A program made the position numbers and the translations under genes. From Terriglobia bacterium (GTDB lineage Bacteria; Acidobacteriota; Terriglobia; Acidiferrales; UBA7541), in NCBI GenBank assembly GCA_963695545.1, contig OY968796.1, forward strand, positions 32,001-96,000: a DNA stretch of 64,000 nt, in the 5' to 3' direction. The notes below the pieces were generated by a model. It worked only from the letters and a program-made list of their open reading frames with translations. It was not told the DNA's origin and searched no databases. Below, piece after piece: positions 40,630 through 50,884 of this stretch (position 1 is its first letter; each line of letters begins with the position of its first letter).

Positions 40630-40927
40630 GTAGCCTTCCTTCCAAAACTCTATTCTGGCGGACGCAAATAGAGCCCGCACTCGAGATTCGATCGGCTCTA
40701 CGTAGAGCCCACGCCTGATACTTGGCACCGCGGAACGCACCGGAAGCAGAAAGGCGAGAAATGGTCGCGTTCTACAAGAACCCAGAGTAACACATCGGTT
40801 TGCGCATGCACGGCGCGGTGGAGAAATGTGTGAGTGCTTGTGACGAAAGCGTGGTGCAGGCCAAGGGCTGATTTTCGCCGGTCGAGAGCGTCGTGAGAAT
40901 TTTCGGTCGGCGCGTGCGGGCGAATCA

Positions 40928-40956
40928 TTGACAACTTCGCGGCGCGGTGACACAGT
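40928..40956 (+). promoter_or_regulatory. Possible sigma70 promoter of the GH3 gene
   Basis: TTGACA-17 nt-CACAGT, with TG just upstream of the weak -10. Confidence 0.35.
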
Positions 40957-41067
40957 GCCCGTCGCGCGTAGCGGAACCACAAACGCGCGGCCGAGTGAAA
41001 ACCACGAGGCTTTGCCAGATATCGCGGCGGGCTCCAAGTAGAGCCGCGACCTGTGGAGGATATACAC

Positions 41068-43920
41068 GTGAAACTCGCTCTGATGAAACGCGCTGGCGGA
41101 TGGTTCTGCGTGGCGCTGCTGATTCCCTGCCTGCTGCGCGCGCAACAGCCTGCGCAAAATCCCGCGCCGACTTCCGCACCGAGCGCCGCGCCGTCGGCGT
41201 CAGCTCCAAGCGCCGCGCCACAAGCGGCGCCGCAAACCGCACCGCAGGCCGCGCCTGAGGCCGCGCAAGCGACCGAGGCGAAGCCGATGTATCTTGACCC
41301 GACGCAGACCGCGGACGCGCGCGCGGCCGACCTCGTCTCGCGCATGACGCTCGAAGAAAAAGTTTCGCAAATGCAGAACGTCGCGCCGGCCATCCCGCGT
41401 CTGGGAATTCCGGCTTACGACTGGTGGAACGAGGCGCTGCATGGCGTGGCGCGCGCGGGCATCGCCACGGTGTTTCCGCAAGCCATCGGACTTGCGGCAA
41501 CCTGGGACACGGACTTGATGCATCGCGTAGCCGATACGATTTCGACCGAAGCGCGCGCCAAATTTAATGAGGCGCAGCGCAACGGCGATACCAGCCGCTA
41601 CCACGGCCTCACGTTTTGGTCCCCGAACATAAATATCTTTCGCGATCCGCGGTGGGGGCGCGGGCAGGAAACTTACGGCGAGGATCCATTTCTGACGGGA
41701 AGCCTGGCAGTGGCGTTCATCGAAGGAATGCAGGGGAATGACCCGCATTACTTGAAAGTCGTGGCGACGGCCAAACATTTCGCCGTGCACAGCGGCCCGG
41801 AACCGCTGCGGCACACTTTTGACGCGAAGCCCAGCGAGACCGATCTCGACGAAACATATCTGCCGGCATTTCACGCCGCGGTTGTCGACGGCAAGGTTGC
41901 GTCGGTGATGTGCTCGTACAACGCCGTGGACGGCGTGCCGGCGTGCGCGAACACCATGTTGCTGCAGGATCACTTGCGCGGGGCGTGGGGATTTAACGGC
42001 TACGTGGTGAGCGATTGCGGCGCGATTGGCGATATATATGTCGGCCACGCCTACAAACCGAATGCGGTGGAAGCCTCGGCCGCGGCCGTGCTGGCCGGAA
42101 CGGACCTGAGCTGCGGCCGGGAATATACCACTCCCGATCCGCTCGAACCGGGCGCCACCGAGCCGGCGCTGGTGGAAGCGGTGCACAAGGGACTGATCAC
42201 CGAGGCGGCGATAAACACTTCAGTTGAGCGATTGTTCCGCGCGCGAATGCAGCTGGGAATGTTCGATCCGCCGGAAATGGTTCCCTACTCCAAAATTCCG
42301 TACTCTGAAAACGATTCGCCCGAACATAGACAACTCGCGCTCGAAGCGGCGAAAGAATCGATCGTGCTGCTGCAAAACTCGCACGGCATTCTGCCGCTCG
42401 CAGCCAGCGTCACGAGTATCACGGTGATCGGTCCTTCGGCGGACGATCCCGACACGCTGCTGGGAAATTACAACGGCACGCCTTCGAGCGTGGTGACGCC
42501 GCTTGACGGAATCGAGCAGCGATTCGGGAAGACGGCGAAGATTCGCTACGCGCTGGGCGCGACGTTTACGCCGCAATCCGATGCGCTGGTGCCGGCGAAC
42601 GCGCTAACGCCGCCCGCTCCTGCGGCCGCGGCCGATACCGCTTCTGGCGCGGCGCCCGTGCATGGTTTGCTCGCGGAATATTTCGCCAACGATCATTTCG
42701 ACGGCACGCCTGGAGTTTCGCGCGTCGAGCCGCACGTTTATTTCAATTGGGATATGAAAGATCCCGCGATCGCGGCGGCAATTCCACGCAAGCAATTTTC
42801 CGTGCGCTGGAGCGGAACGCTGACGGCTCCGGTGTCGGGCGATTACGTTCTGGGCGTGTACCGGCTTCGCTGCGACAACTGCTTTCCGGCGGGCACGGCA
42901 TCGGCGCGGATATATCTCGACGACAAAGTCGTGCTGGACGACGCAACGACGCTGCGCCGGAGCCGCACGCTTTCTGAAGCGCCCGTTACGCTCGAAGCGG
43001 GCCACTCATACGCGCTGCGCATCGAATGCGCGCAGAACTACGGCAGCGTCGGATTGGAATTTGTCTGGCGCCCGCCCGCCGCGCCGTTGCTCGCGGACGC
43101 TGTTGAGGCCGTGAAAAGTTCCGACGTTACCGTGGCGTTTCTGGGGATCAATGCAAATCTTGAAGGCGAGGAAATGCCCGTGGATCTTCCCGGGTTCAAA
43201 GGCGGCGACCGAACCACACTCGACCTTCCAGTCGGACAAGAGCAGCTGCTAGAAGCGGCGATCGCGACGGGCAAGCCCGTTGTCGTCGTGCTGCAAAGCG
43301 GGAGCGCGATCTCCGCGAATTTTGCCGCGCAGCACGCGGCGGCGATGCTCGAAGCCTGGTACGGCGGCGAAGCGGCTGGCATGGCCATCGCGGACACTTT
43401 GGCCGGCGACAACAATCCGGCGGGACGCCTGCCGGTCACATTCTATAAATCGGTCGATCAGATTCCTCCGTTCGAGGATTATTCGATGCAGGGACGCACT
43501 TACAAATATTTCAGGGGCGATCCGCTTTATCCATTCGGTTTCGGCTTGAGCTATTCGCGATTTGCATACTCGAATCTTCGCGTGACGCCCGCACCGGGCA
43601 CTCTGGGAAACTATAGCGTGACGGCTCACGTGAAAAATGTTTCGCAGCGCGATGGCGATGAAGTCGTCGAAGTGTACGCGAGCTACGGCGCGGGACCGGA
43701 TCATCCGATTCGTGAGCTTGAGGCAATCAAGCGCATCCATCTACAAGCGGGCGCGAGCAGTGACGTGCAATTCGACATCGAGCTGTCGAGCGCGCCGGGC
43801 GCCCCGGACTCTGCCAGTGGAGCGCAGCCAGCGGCGCAGGCAGGGAAAATCACGTTCAGCGTCGGCGGCGGCCAGCCATTGCCGGGAGCTCAATTCGTCG
43901 AAACCTCCGTGCGGCGATAG
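41068..43920 (+). CDS. GH3 beta-glucosidase/xylosidase with PA14 insertion and Fn3-like domain
   Basis: WWNEALHGVA, DPRWGRGQETYGEDP, AKHFAVH, VSDCGAI (nucleophile D), PA14-like insert and PFGFGLSY. GGAGGA RBS before GTG 41068. Confidence 0.93.
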   Translation: MKLALMKRAGGWFCVALLIPCLLRAQQPAQNPAPTSAPSAAPSASAPSAAPQAAPQTAPQAAPEAAQATEAKPMYLDPTQTADARAADLVSRMTLEEKVSQMQNVAPAIPRLGIPAYDWWNEALHGVARAGIATVFPQAIGLAATWDTDLMHRVADTISTEARAKFNEAQRNGDTSRYHGLTFWSPNINIFRDPRWGRGQETYGEDPFLTGSLAVAFIEGMQGNDPHYLKVVATAKHFAVHSGPEPLRHTFDAKPSETDLDETYLPAFHAAVVDGKVASVMCSYNAVDGVPACANTMLLQDHLRGAWGFNGYVVSDCGAIGDIYVGHAYKPNAVEASAAAVLAGTDLSCGREYTTPDPLEPGATEPALVEAVHKGLITEAAINTSVERLFRARMQLGMFDPPEMVPYSKIPYSENDSPEHRQLALEAAKESIVLLQNSHGILPLAASVTSITVIGPSADDPDTLLGNYNGTPSSVVTPLDGIEQRFGKTAKIRYALGATFTPQSDALVPANALTPPAPAAAADTASGAAPVHGLLAEYFANDHFDGTPGVSRVEPHVYFNWDMKDPAIAAAIPRKQFSVRWSGTLTAPVSGDYVLGVYRLRCDNCFPAGTASARIYLDDKVVLDDATTLRRSRTLSEAPVTLEAGHSYALRIECAQNYGSVGLEFVWRPPAAPLLADAVEAVKSSDVTVAFLGINANLEGEEMPVDLPGFKGGDRTTLDLPVGQEQLLEAAIATGKPVVVVLQSGSAISANFAAQHAAAMLEAWYGGEAAGMAIADTLAGDNNPAGRLPVTFYKSVDQIPPFEDYSMQGRTYKYFRGDPLYPFGFGLSYSRFAYSNLRVTPAPGTLGNYSVTAHVKNVSQRDGDEVVEVYASYGAGPDHPIRELEAIKRIHLQAGASSDVQFDIELSSAPGAPDSASGAQPAAQAGKITFSVGGGQPLPGAQFVETSVRR

Positions 43921-43958
43921 AGGATCGGAGCCGCGCGACCGATGCGGTGGAATCGCGA

Positions 43959-44747
43959 ATGAATTCCCAGAAACCGGCGCTGCTGGAATTTCGCAATATC
44001 ACCGTTTTTCGCGGCTTGACCGAGGCGCTGCACAACATCACGCTGCGCGTGGACGTCGGCGAACACGTCTGCATCCTGGGGCCGAATGGCTGCGGGAAAT
44101 CCACGCTGATCCAGACCGTGACGCGCGAACTGTATCCGGTGGCGCGTGAAAATTCTTCGATTTCGATTCTGGGAAAAGAGCGCTGGGAAGTTTATGAGCT
44201 GCGCACGCAGTTGGGAATTGTCTCGCCGGATTTGCTGGCGTTGTGCACCAGCGACGTGACTGGCGCGGACATCGTGCTCTCGGGATTTTTCAGCAGCACG
44301 CGGATTTTTCGCCATCATCGCGTGGAGCCGCAACTCTTGGAACGCGTGCAATCGGCGCTGGCCGCGCTGCGAATCGAAAATCTGGCGAACCGGCCGGTAG
44401 CGGAAATGTCGTCGGGCGAAGCCAAGCGCGTGCTGATCGCGCGCGCGCTGGTGCACCAGCCGAAGACGCTGCTGTTCGATGAGCCGAGCAATTCGCTGGA
44501 TATCGGCGCGCAGCAGCGGCTTCGCGAAACGATGCGCGAACTGGCGCAGCGCGGGATCGGCATCCTGCTGGTGACGCATCATCTCGCCGACGTGATTCCG
44601 GAGATCGAGCGCGTGGTTCTGCTCTCGCAAGGACGTATCGTCGCCGACGGCCCGAAGGAGAAGATGCTTACGGCCGAGCGTCTCGCGGCGCTGTTCGGCG
44701 TGCCGGTCGAAATCTCGCGGCGCGATGGGTATTATCACCTGTATTGA
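43959..44747 (+). CDS. ABC transporter ATP-binding protein (YlmA/ModF-like), no adjacent permease
   Basis: GPNGCGKST, MSSGEAKR, LFDEP and VTHH. Confidence 0.88.
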   Translation: MNSQKPALLEFRNITVFRGLTEALHNITLRVDVGEHVCILGPNGCGKSTLIQTVTRELYPVARENSSISILGKERWEVYELRTQLGIVSPDLLALCTSDVTGADIVLSGFFSSTRIFRHHRVEPQLLERVQSALAALRIENLANRPVAEMSSGEAKRVLIARALVHQPKTLLFDEPSNSLDIGAQQRLRETMRELAQRGIGILLVTHHLADVIPEIERVVLLSQGRIVADGPKEKMLTAERLAALFGVPVEISRRDGYYHLY

Positions 44748-44807
44748 AGCGCTTTCCGTGCGACTTGCGTTCGGTGCTTCGCCTCGCGTGCTGATACGCT
44801 TACATCC

Positions 44808-46607
44808 ATGAATTCCGAACTGCCGCCGACGTCCACGAGCTGCGAAGGATCTGTTGACGCTCGGCCGGCGCGCCGAACCGCGCTTCACTTATTCCTGCTC
44901 GGCGCGCTGGTATTCCTGTTTTGCTGGCCACTTCTGTTTCACGGTCTGCCGGAACTCTCCGACGATTCGACGATCCATGTTGGGTGGGACAAAGGTTTCT
45001 CAAATCAACTCGCGGCCGGCGAATGGTATCCGCGCTGGCTGTCTGAAGATAATGACGGGCTCGGCTCGCCCGTTTTTTTTTACTACGCGCCGATTCCGAG
45101 CTACGCGTCGAGCGCGTTCCGCTTTCTCTTTGGTGCGCGCGATCCCGACGGTTGGCTCGAATCGGGATACGGATGTTTCCTGGCCGTGCTTCTTTCGGCC
45201 TTCGGAGCGTATTTCTGGCTGCGCTCGCACGCTTCCGGGCGAGCCGCACTTTTCGGCGCCGCGATTTACGTCATCGCGCCGTATCACTTGGCGGTTGATC
45301 TGTATGTGCGCGGCGCGACGGCCGAGCTCTGGACGTTCGCGTGGATGCCGCTGATTTTGCTTTCTGTCGAAGCGCTGGCGTGCCGCGCGAGATGGGCATT
45401 CCCGGCGCTGGCTGTCGGCTACGCACTGCTGGTGATGACTCACCTTCCCACGGTCCTGTGTTTCTCGCCGGTTGTTCTGGGCGCCGGCTTTTTTCTGGCG
45501 CAGCGAAATCGCGCGATCGTGACCGCGCTCGAAACGCTGGCCGCGATGGCGCTCGGCGCGGGACTTGCCGCGATCTATTTGGTTCCCGCGATGTTCGATC
45601 AGTGGAAAATCAACATTCTGCATCTCGTCGATTCCAATTTCGATTTTCGCTACCAATGGCTTTTCCGGCCCGTCGCCTGGGGCCTCGATTTTCCGGAGCG
45701 CATGGCGATTTTGAACGCCACTATGTTCGCGTTTATCGGAATCTTGCTCTGGCTGTGCCTTCGTCATTGCATCGATCGCGACACTCGGCGCGTGGCAATT
45801 TTTTACGCCGGAGTGACGGTGTTCGCGTTCGTATGCATGTCGCAACTGAGCTATCTCGCGTGGCGAATGATTCCCTATTTGCGATTCGTGCAGTTCCCGT
45901 GGCGATTCAGCGTTCTGCCGCCGCTGGCCGCCGCGATGCTCTCGGCGTTGTCGTTCTCGTATCTCACGCAGCGGCGCGCGCGCCTCGTCGCGGCTTCTCT
46001 CGTCGTTCTTGCAGCGGGATGGATCGGCGCGACGGTGTGGGTCGCGCGCCCGGAGATATCTGCCGCGATGGGGCGCGCAAATCCTCTGGCGGCTGCCGCT
46101 CGCGCCGAAGTGAAATCGCGGCCTGGGCCTTGCGAGTATTTGCCGCTGAGCACGGCTCTCGCCGGGAATTGTTCGGACAAATCCGGCGTGCGCGTGCAGA
46201 TGCTGCGGGAATTGCTCGGTGGCCACGCGGCAAAATCGGCGTTTTTTCCGGCCGGCTCCGCGGATCAGATTGGCGGTGCGGCGGCGGTGCTCGATTGGAA
46301 ACCGCGAAAAGTGCTGCTTGACGTAAGTGCGCCCGAGGCCGGGCCGCTTACTCTCCGGCATTTTTATTACATAGGCTGGTCCGCGCACGTCGCGAGCACG
46401 GGAGAATCGATTCCAATTGGACCGTCGAAGCCGGACGGTTTTCTGCAAGTGACCGTACCGCAGGGAAATCACGAAATCGTCGTCGAACTCCCGACGCAGC
46501 CAACAGAAAAAGCCGGGCGCCTCATTTCGCTTGCGAGCCTGGCTGGCCTGGCGCTGATTGCCGTGTACTTGAAACAAAGGACGTCCCTGGCAGATCTCTC
46601 GGACTGA
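44808..46607 (+). CDS. Polytopic membrane protein, 'PTPS-related'/YfhO-like GT-C fold
   Basis: DDSTIH...GEWYPRW...GLGSPVFFYY, YVIAPYH, QFPWRF, and a C-terminal FYYIGW periplasmic domain plus TM. Confidence 0.72.
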   Translation: MNSELPPTSTSCEGSVDARPARRTALHLFLLGALVFLFCWPLLFHGLPELSDDSTIHVGWDKGFSNQLAAGEWYPRWLSEDNDGLGSPVFFYYAPIPSYASSAFRFLFGARDPDGWLESGYGCFLAVLLSAFGAYFWLRSHASGRAALFGAAIYVIAPYHLAVDLYVRGATAELWTFAWMPLILLSVEALACRARWAFPALAVGYALLVMTHLPTVLCFSPVVLGAGFFLAQRNRAIVTALETLAAMALGAGLAAIYLVPAMFDQWKINILHLVDSNFDFRYQWLFRPVAWGLDFPERMAILNATMFAFIGILLWLCLRHCIDRDTRRVAIFYAGVTVFAFVCMSQLSYLAWRMIPYLRFVQFPWRFSVLPPLAAAMLSALSFSYLTQRRARLVAASLVVLAAGWIGATVWVARPEISAAMGRANPLAAAARAEVKSRPGPCEYLPLSTALAGNCSDKSGVRVQMLRELLGGHAAKSAFFPAGSADQIGGAAAVLDWKPRKVLLDVSAPEAGPLTLRHFYYIGWSAHVASTGESIPIGPSKPDGFLQVTVPQGNHEIVVELPTQPTEKAGRLISLASLAGLALIAVYLKQRTSLADLSD

Positions 46608-46649
46608 GTGACGCGAGCGGTTCACGATTGTGCACGGCGCCGCGTTGCG

Positions 46650-46679
46650 TTGACCCTCCAAGAATGACGGGGCTATACT
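46650..46679 (+). promoter_or_regulatory. Putative sigma70 promoter of the NPN-repeat gene
   Basis: TTGACC-18 nt-TATACT. Confidence 0.5.
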
Positions 46680-46730
46680 CCGCGCCGGCGCGGCTGGCCT
46701 GCCGACCGCCCTCGGCTTGAGCTGCTCGAG

Positions 46731-48980
46731 GTGAGCGTGTCTACGAGGCACCTTCGACTTCTGTGCAAGACATTCGCGGCTGTGTTGTTGGCCATTTTTA
46801 TCGGTTTGGCCGCGCCCGCGAAGGCGGCTACTGATTCGCTGGTTGGAGTGTGGACGTTCGTAAGCGATTCTGACGGCGGATCTGCCGACACCGGAATTGT
46901 CATCACGATGACGTTAGGTCCCGGCGGCGTCGCATTTTCCGCAGTCGGGCCGAGCGAGAACCTGAGCGGCAGTGGAACGTGGTCCACAAGCGGCAACAGG
47001 ATCACGATTCAATTGCCGAGTCTCGGCAAGTCCGCGGTGAATCAACCGTACACGCTGAATAGAAACTCGCTGACTCTTCCCTTTAAGCTTTTTTCCAGCG
47101 GGGCGGGGACATCAACTTGGGTTCGGGCGACGACGCCATCGAACAATAACAATTCCGATAATCCCAACAACCCGAACCCACCGAATAACCCGAACAACCC
47201 AAACAATCCGAATGACCCGAACAACCCAAATAATCCCAACAACCCGAACAATCCGAATAACCCAAACAACCCAAATAATCCTAATAGCCCAAGCAATCCG
47301 AATAACCCAAACAACCCAAATAATCCCAACAACCCGAACAATCCGAATAACCCAAACAACCCAAATAATCCTAATAGCCCAAGCAATCCGAATAACCCAA
47401 ACAACCCAAATAATCCCAACAACCCGAACAATCCCAGCAATCCGAACAATCCTAACAATCCTAATAACCCCAACAGTCCGAATAATCCGAATAATCCCGC
47501 CAACCCTTCAAATCCCGAGTCGCCCGCGAATTCGGCGATCGCGCCTTACGTTGGAGATTGGGTCGGTGATGGTTGGAGCTGGGAGACGAGATTCCGCCAG
47601 ACCAGCCAGCAATTCGCCGGCGGTTTCCCGGGCGGGCAAAATGTGATTCAGGACCGCGACGAAGCGAAAGACGTGGTAATGGAAGTCACCGTGAACCACG
47701 CGACGAACTTTGCATTCACGGTGGACGCCTCCGGGAACGTAACCGGCAAAGGGGAAATCGTCTATAGCCTGACGCCCAATACGTGCGGTCTGGCGATCCT
47801 CACCAAGCAGGTGAACGATGCGGTGAACATGATGGGGGTGTTCGCCAAGTACGCCAAGATCGCGATGGATATCGGGACCGCGGCGATTGAATCGTACGAC
47901 GCCGAGTTCACGGCAAGCGAGAACGAACTTGCAGAGGACATGGAAACGCTTACCGCAAAAGGCGCGAAGCTGAACCCGCGCATGAATCGATACGCTGGGA
48001 CCGGCGGAACGGAAGCAGACCAGGCGATAGAAGAAGCGATCGGACGAGATTTTGAAGACATGGGCGCTTCGCAAGATTCCCGAGCCTTGGCGTTGCAGCA
48101 GATCATGTATCGCTGCTCGGGCGGGGGATACGAGGTTGCCGGCGGAATGCCGTGCAGCCTCATAAGTTCTCCTCCGATAGAGAAGGAGGCCGAAGGAATA
48201 TTGGCGACGATGAAGGCCAAATCCGAAAGTGAGATTCTGGACCAGATCGGCGAGAAAGAAGTCGAGGAGATCAAGGAGTTCGTCGACCACGAGGAGCAAG
48301 CGACAGCCGGATGTTCATCCGTCGGCCCGACGAACATCGAGCAATACGGAAAATACATGGAAGGCAAGTTCGCCGAAATGGCATCGGGGCAGGCGGCCGA
48401 ATTTTTGAGTGAGGGTTCTCTCGGGCTCACTCCCTTAACATCGATGATGCTTTCGATCCCGGGCATTACTCAGGTGGCCTACTGGTATCAAGGATTTCCA
48501 GACGGCGCTGAAAAGAGAACGTTCGATATCAGTGGTCACGTCGAAGCGCAGGGTGGCGCAGCGAAGCTCTACCTGAATATGGATGGGGACGTCGGGGGAG
48601 GATCGAAGGATCTGACCGTGAAATACATGGTGAATTACAAATGGGATCAGGGAACGTTCCCGGCATATTCGCCGTTCTTGCAGGGCCCGGGACAGGCGCA
48701 GACTTCCGGTGACGCGACTATGTACCAGAGCACCGCTGCTGCGGCGGAGGGGGGAGGCGCCGAAGGAAATGCCGAGGGCGGCGAGTCAGGCGAGGGAGGC
48801 CCCGGCAAGCCGCCGCCGAAAAAGAACACGACAACCACGTCCGTGCATATGGACTCTCCCTTTGCAACGTTCTTTGAATCCGGAACGCATCGAGGCGGAG
48901 TGCAGCCGTGGCAGGAATATGAATACTACTGGTTCGCGCACAAAGTAACCGAACCCGCGCCGGGGCCCGCTGGGAATTGA
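46731..48980 (+). CDS. Secreted hypothetical protein with about 41 x-P-x (mostly NPN) tandem tripeptides
   Basis: Signal peptide ending PAKA, a lipocalin-like beta domain (SLVGVWTF), an NPN linker and a large unassigned C-terminal region. Confidence 0.8.
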   Translation: MSVSTRHLRLLCKTFAAVLLAIFIGLAAPAKAATDSLVGVWTFVSDSDGGSADTGIVITMTLGPGGVAFSAVGPSENLSGSGTWSTSGNRITIQLPSLGKSAVNQPYTLNRNSLTLPFKLFSSGAGTSTWVRATTPSNNNNSDNPNNPNPPNNPNNPNNPNDPNNPNNPNNPNNPNNPNNPNNPNSPSNPNNPNNPNNPNNPNNPNNPNNPNNPNSPSNPNNPNNPNNPNNPNNPSNPNNPNNPNNPNSPNNPNNPANPSNPESPANSAIAPYVGDWVGDGWSWETRFRQTSQQFAGGFPGGQNVIQDRDEAKDVVMEVTVNHATNFAFTVDASGNVTGKGEIVYSLTPNTCGLAILTKQVNDAVNMMGVFAKYAKIAMDIGTAAIESYDAEFTASENELAEDMETLTAKGAKLNPRMNRYAGTGGTEADQAIEEAIGRDFEDMGASQDSRALALQQIMYRCSGGGYEVAGGMPCSLISSPPIEKEAEGILATMKAKSESEILDQIGEKEVEEIKEFVDHEEQATAGCSSVGPTNIEQYGKYMEGKFAEMASGQAAEFLSEGSLGLTPLTSMMLSIPGITQVAYWYQGFPDGAEKRTFDISGHVEAQGGAAKLYLNMDGDVGGGSKDLTVKYMVNYKWDQGTFPAYSPFLQGPGQAQTSGDATMYQSTAAAAEGGGAEGNAEGGESGEGGPGKPPPKKNTTTTSVHMDSPFATFFESGTHRGGVQPWQEYEYYWFAHKVTEPAPGPAGN
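47160..47528 (+). repeat. Coding 9-bp-unit tandem repeat containing a perfect 90-bp higher-order duplication
   Basis: 47221-47310 is identical to 47311-47400, and a partial third copy starts at 47401. Confidence 0.95.
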
Positions 48981-49085
48981 GAAGAAGATTATTCGAGCTT
49001 TGGACTGAATCGCGGATGCGTTGTCAGTGAGGGCCGTGCTGCTGGAAAACGAATTTCAGAAAAATTGAAACGCGTGGAGGCAATC

Positions 49086-49826
49086 GTGGCGAAAACAAAA
49101 AAGGATTTGCATCGGATGCGCTGGATCACGGTAAGCCTCTGCGCACTCGTATTTGTCGCGCTGGTGGCAACCACGCACGCCCGAACGCAGCAAAACTCCA
49201 GTCAGCCGCTTTCCAATTTCAAATATCAATTCAAGATCGGCGTGCTGCCGTTCGTGGACAACACAGGATCCGGCGGAGACGATATGGGCGCGGCACTGTC
49301 GCGCGCGGTGCAGGCCGAATTCACGCACTCGACGGATCTTGAAGGGCGCGTGGTGCCGCTGGATCAGGGGATGGCGGCGAGCGACGTTGACGACGCAAAG
49401 GCGGTGGAATTGGGCCGCGCGCATAGAGTCGACGTGGTGCTCGTGGGCACGGTTCTGGAGGCGTCGTCCGAGCAAACCAGCAAGAGCGGCAACGGGCCGT
49501 CGTTCGGAGGGATCACGCTGGGAGGCAGCGCGAATTCGATGAAGGCTACCGTGACGCTGCAAGGGGACATCTACAACACCACGACGGGAAAAAAAATCGA
49601 CAGCATTCGCGTTACGGGAAACGATTCGGAGACCAAAGTCGGCACCGACGTTTCGACCGACTTGGGCGGACTTTCATCCGGAGGCGCTTCGTTCGACAAC
49701 GCTCCAATCGGCAAGGCGCTGCACAAGGCAGTTGCAGACTTGACGAAAAAGATTGCGGCCGAAGAATCGCAAATGATCCGATATCAGCCCGACGCGTCCG
49801 GCGGCTCGGCCGCTCCGCAGAATTAG
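49086..49826 (+). CDS. Secreted CsgG/HfaB/TolB-N-like protein
   Basis: GGAGG RBS before GTG 49086 and a signal/TM segment. IGVLPF, AVELGR...VDVVLVGTV, Gly-rich GGITLGG and NTTTGK fit the CsgG/TolB-N clan pattern. Confidence 0.6.
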   Translation: MAKTKKDLHRMRWITVSLCALVFVALVATTHARTQQNSSQPLSNFKYQFKIGVLPFVDNTGSGGDDMGAALSRAVQAEFTHSTDLEGRVVPLDQGMAASDVDDAKAVELGRAHRVDVVLVGTVLEASSEQTSKSGNGPSFGGITLGGSANSMKATVTLQGDIYNTTTGKKIDSIRVTGNDSETKVGTDVSTDLGGLSSGGASFDNAPIGKALHKAVADLTKKIAAEESQMIRYQPDASGGSAAPQN

Positions 49827-49869
49827 CCGAACGGATTTCGGAATCGCCGCATGGAATCCGGACGCGCGC

Positions 49870-50841
49870 CTAGTGTTGCCGCGCGACAAGCAGAAGCAGC
49901 GCGAAAATGATGATGGGTATCAGCGCGAAGCCCAGGTAAGACCACCCCGACTGGACGCTTGGCACAAGCGTCGGCGCCACATCGTCGGCCTCGACGCGTT
50001 CGCTAATCCCCGCTTCATCTTGATGTTCGAGATCCCACGCCAGCGCGGCCGCGGTCGCGTAGCGCGCCTTGGGATCGCGTTCGAGCGCGCGCAAAACGAT
50101 CTGCTCGAGCTGCGGCGAAATCTCCGGCGCAAGTTCGCGCGGCGGCCGCGGCCTCACAACGAGGCGCTGGTTCATTGCGGCCAGAATATTCGCGCCGGTA
50201 AACGGCACTTGTCCGGTGAGCATCTCGTAAAGCATCACGCCGAGTGAAAAAACGTCGCTGCGCGGATCGCCGCGCTTCCCTTTCACCTGTTCGGGAGACA
50301 TGTAGTCGGGCGTGCCCATGGCTCGCGTGAGCTTTCCGAACGTCAGCCGGCGCGCGGCGGCCTCGCGGGCGATGCCGAAGTCGATGAGTTTGATGCGGCC
50401 TTCGGAATCGACGAGGATATTGTCGGGCTTTAGATCGCGATGCACCACTCCGTGTTTGTGAATGTAATCGAGCGCGTCGCACACGCGGACCGCAATTCCC
50501 ACGGCGCGCTCCGGCGGCAACTTCTTCCGCTCGTCGAGGATTTCGCGCAGGCGCCGCCCTTCGGCCCATTCCATCACCATGCAGACGCGGCTGGATTCGT
50601 CTTCGGCGAGCACTTTCACGACGCCGGGGTGATCGAGTTTTTTGCCGATGTCGATCTCGCGATGAAATCGATCGAAGAAAACCGGGTCGCATTCCGCTTC
50701 GGGGTGCGGCACCTTGATAGCCACCGGGGCGCCGGTCGTTACGTCCGTGCCGCGATAGATGCAGGCCATGCCGCCGCGCGCCAGAAGTTCATCGACTCGA
50801 AAACGGCCGATGCGGTCACCGCGTTGGACTGGAGCAATCAT
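49870..50841 (-). CDS. Hanks-type Ser/Thr protein kinase with C-terminal TM anchor
   Basis: LARGGMA, VAIKV, HRDLKPDN, DFG, GTPDYMSPE and SDVFSLG. One TM at the extreme C-terminus. Confidence 0.95.
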   Translation of the reverse strand: MIAPVQRGDRIGRFRVDELLARGGMACIYRGTDVTTGAPVAIKVPHPEAECDPVFFDRFHREIDIGKKLDHPGVVKVLAEDESSRVCMVMEWAEGRRLREILDERKKLPPERAVGIAVRVCDALDYIHKHGVVHRDLKPDNILVDSEGRIKLIDFGIAREAAARRLTFGKLTRAMGTPDYMSPEQVKGKRGDPRSDVFSLGVMLYEMLTGQVPFTGANILAAMNQRLVVRPRPPRELAPEISPQLEQIVLRALERDPKARYATAAALAWDLEHQDEAGISERVEADDVAPTLVPSVQSGWSYLGFALIPIIIFALLLLVARQH

Positions 50842-50884
50842 ATTTCCCGATCGTCCTCGATCGTCGAATCGGCCGCGCGCGGCC

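Noticed and set aside
47160..47528. Possible CRISPR array or non-coding satellite
   Set aside because: The units are 9-bp in-frame codon repeats with synonymous variation. There are no unique spacers and no cas genes.
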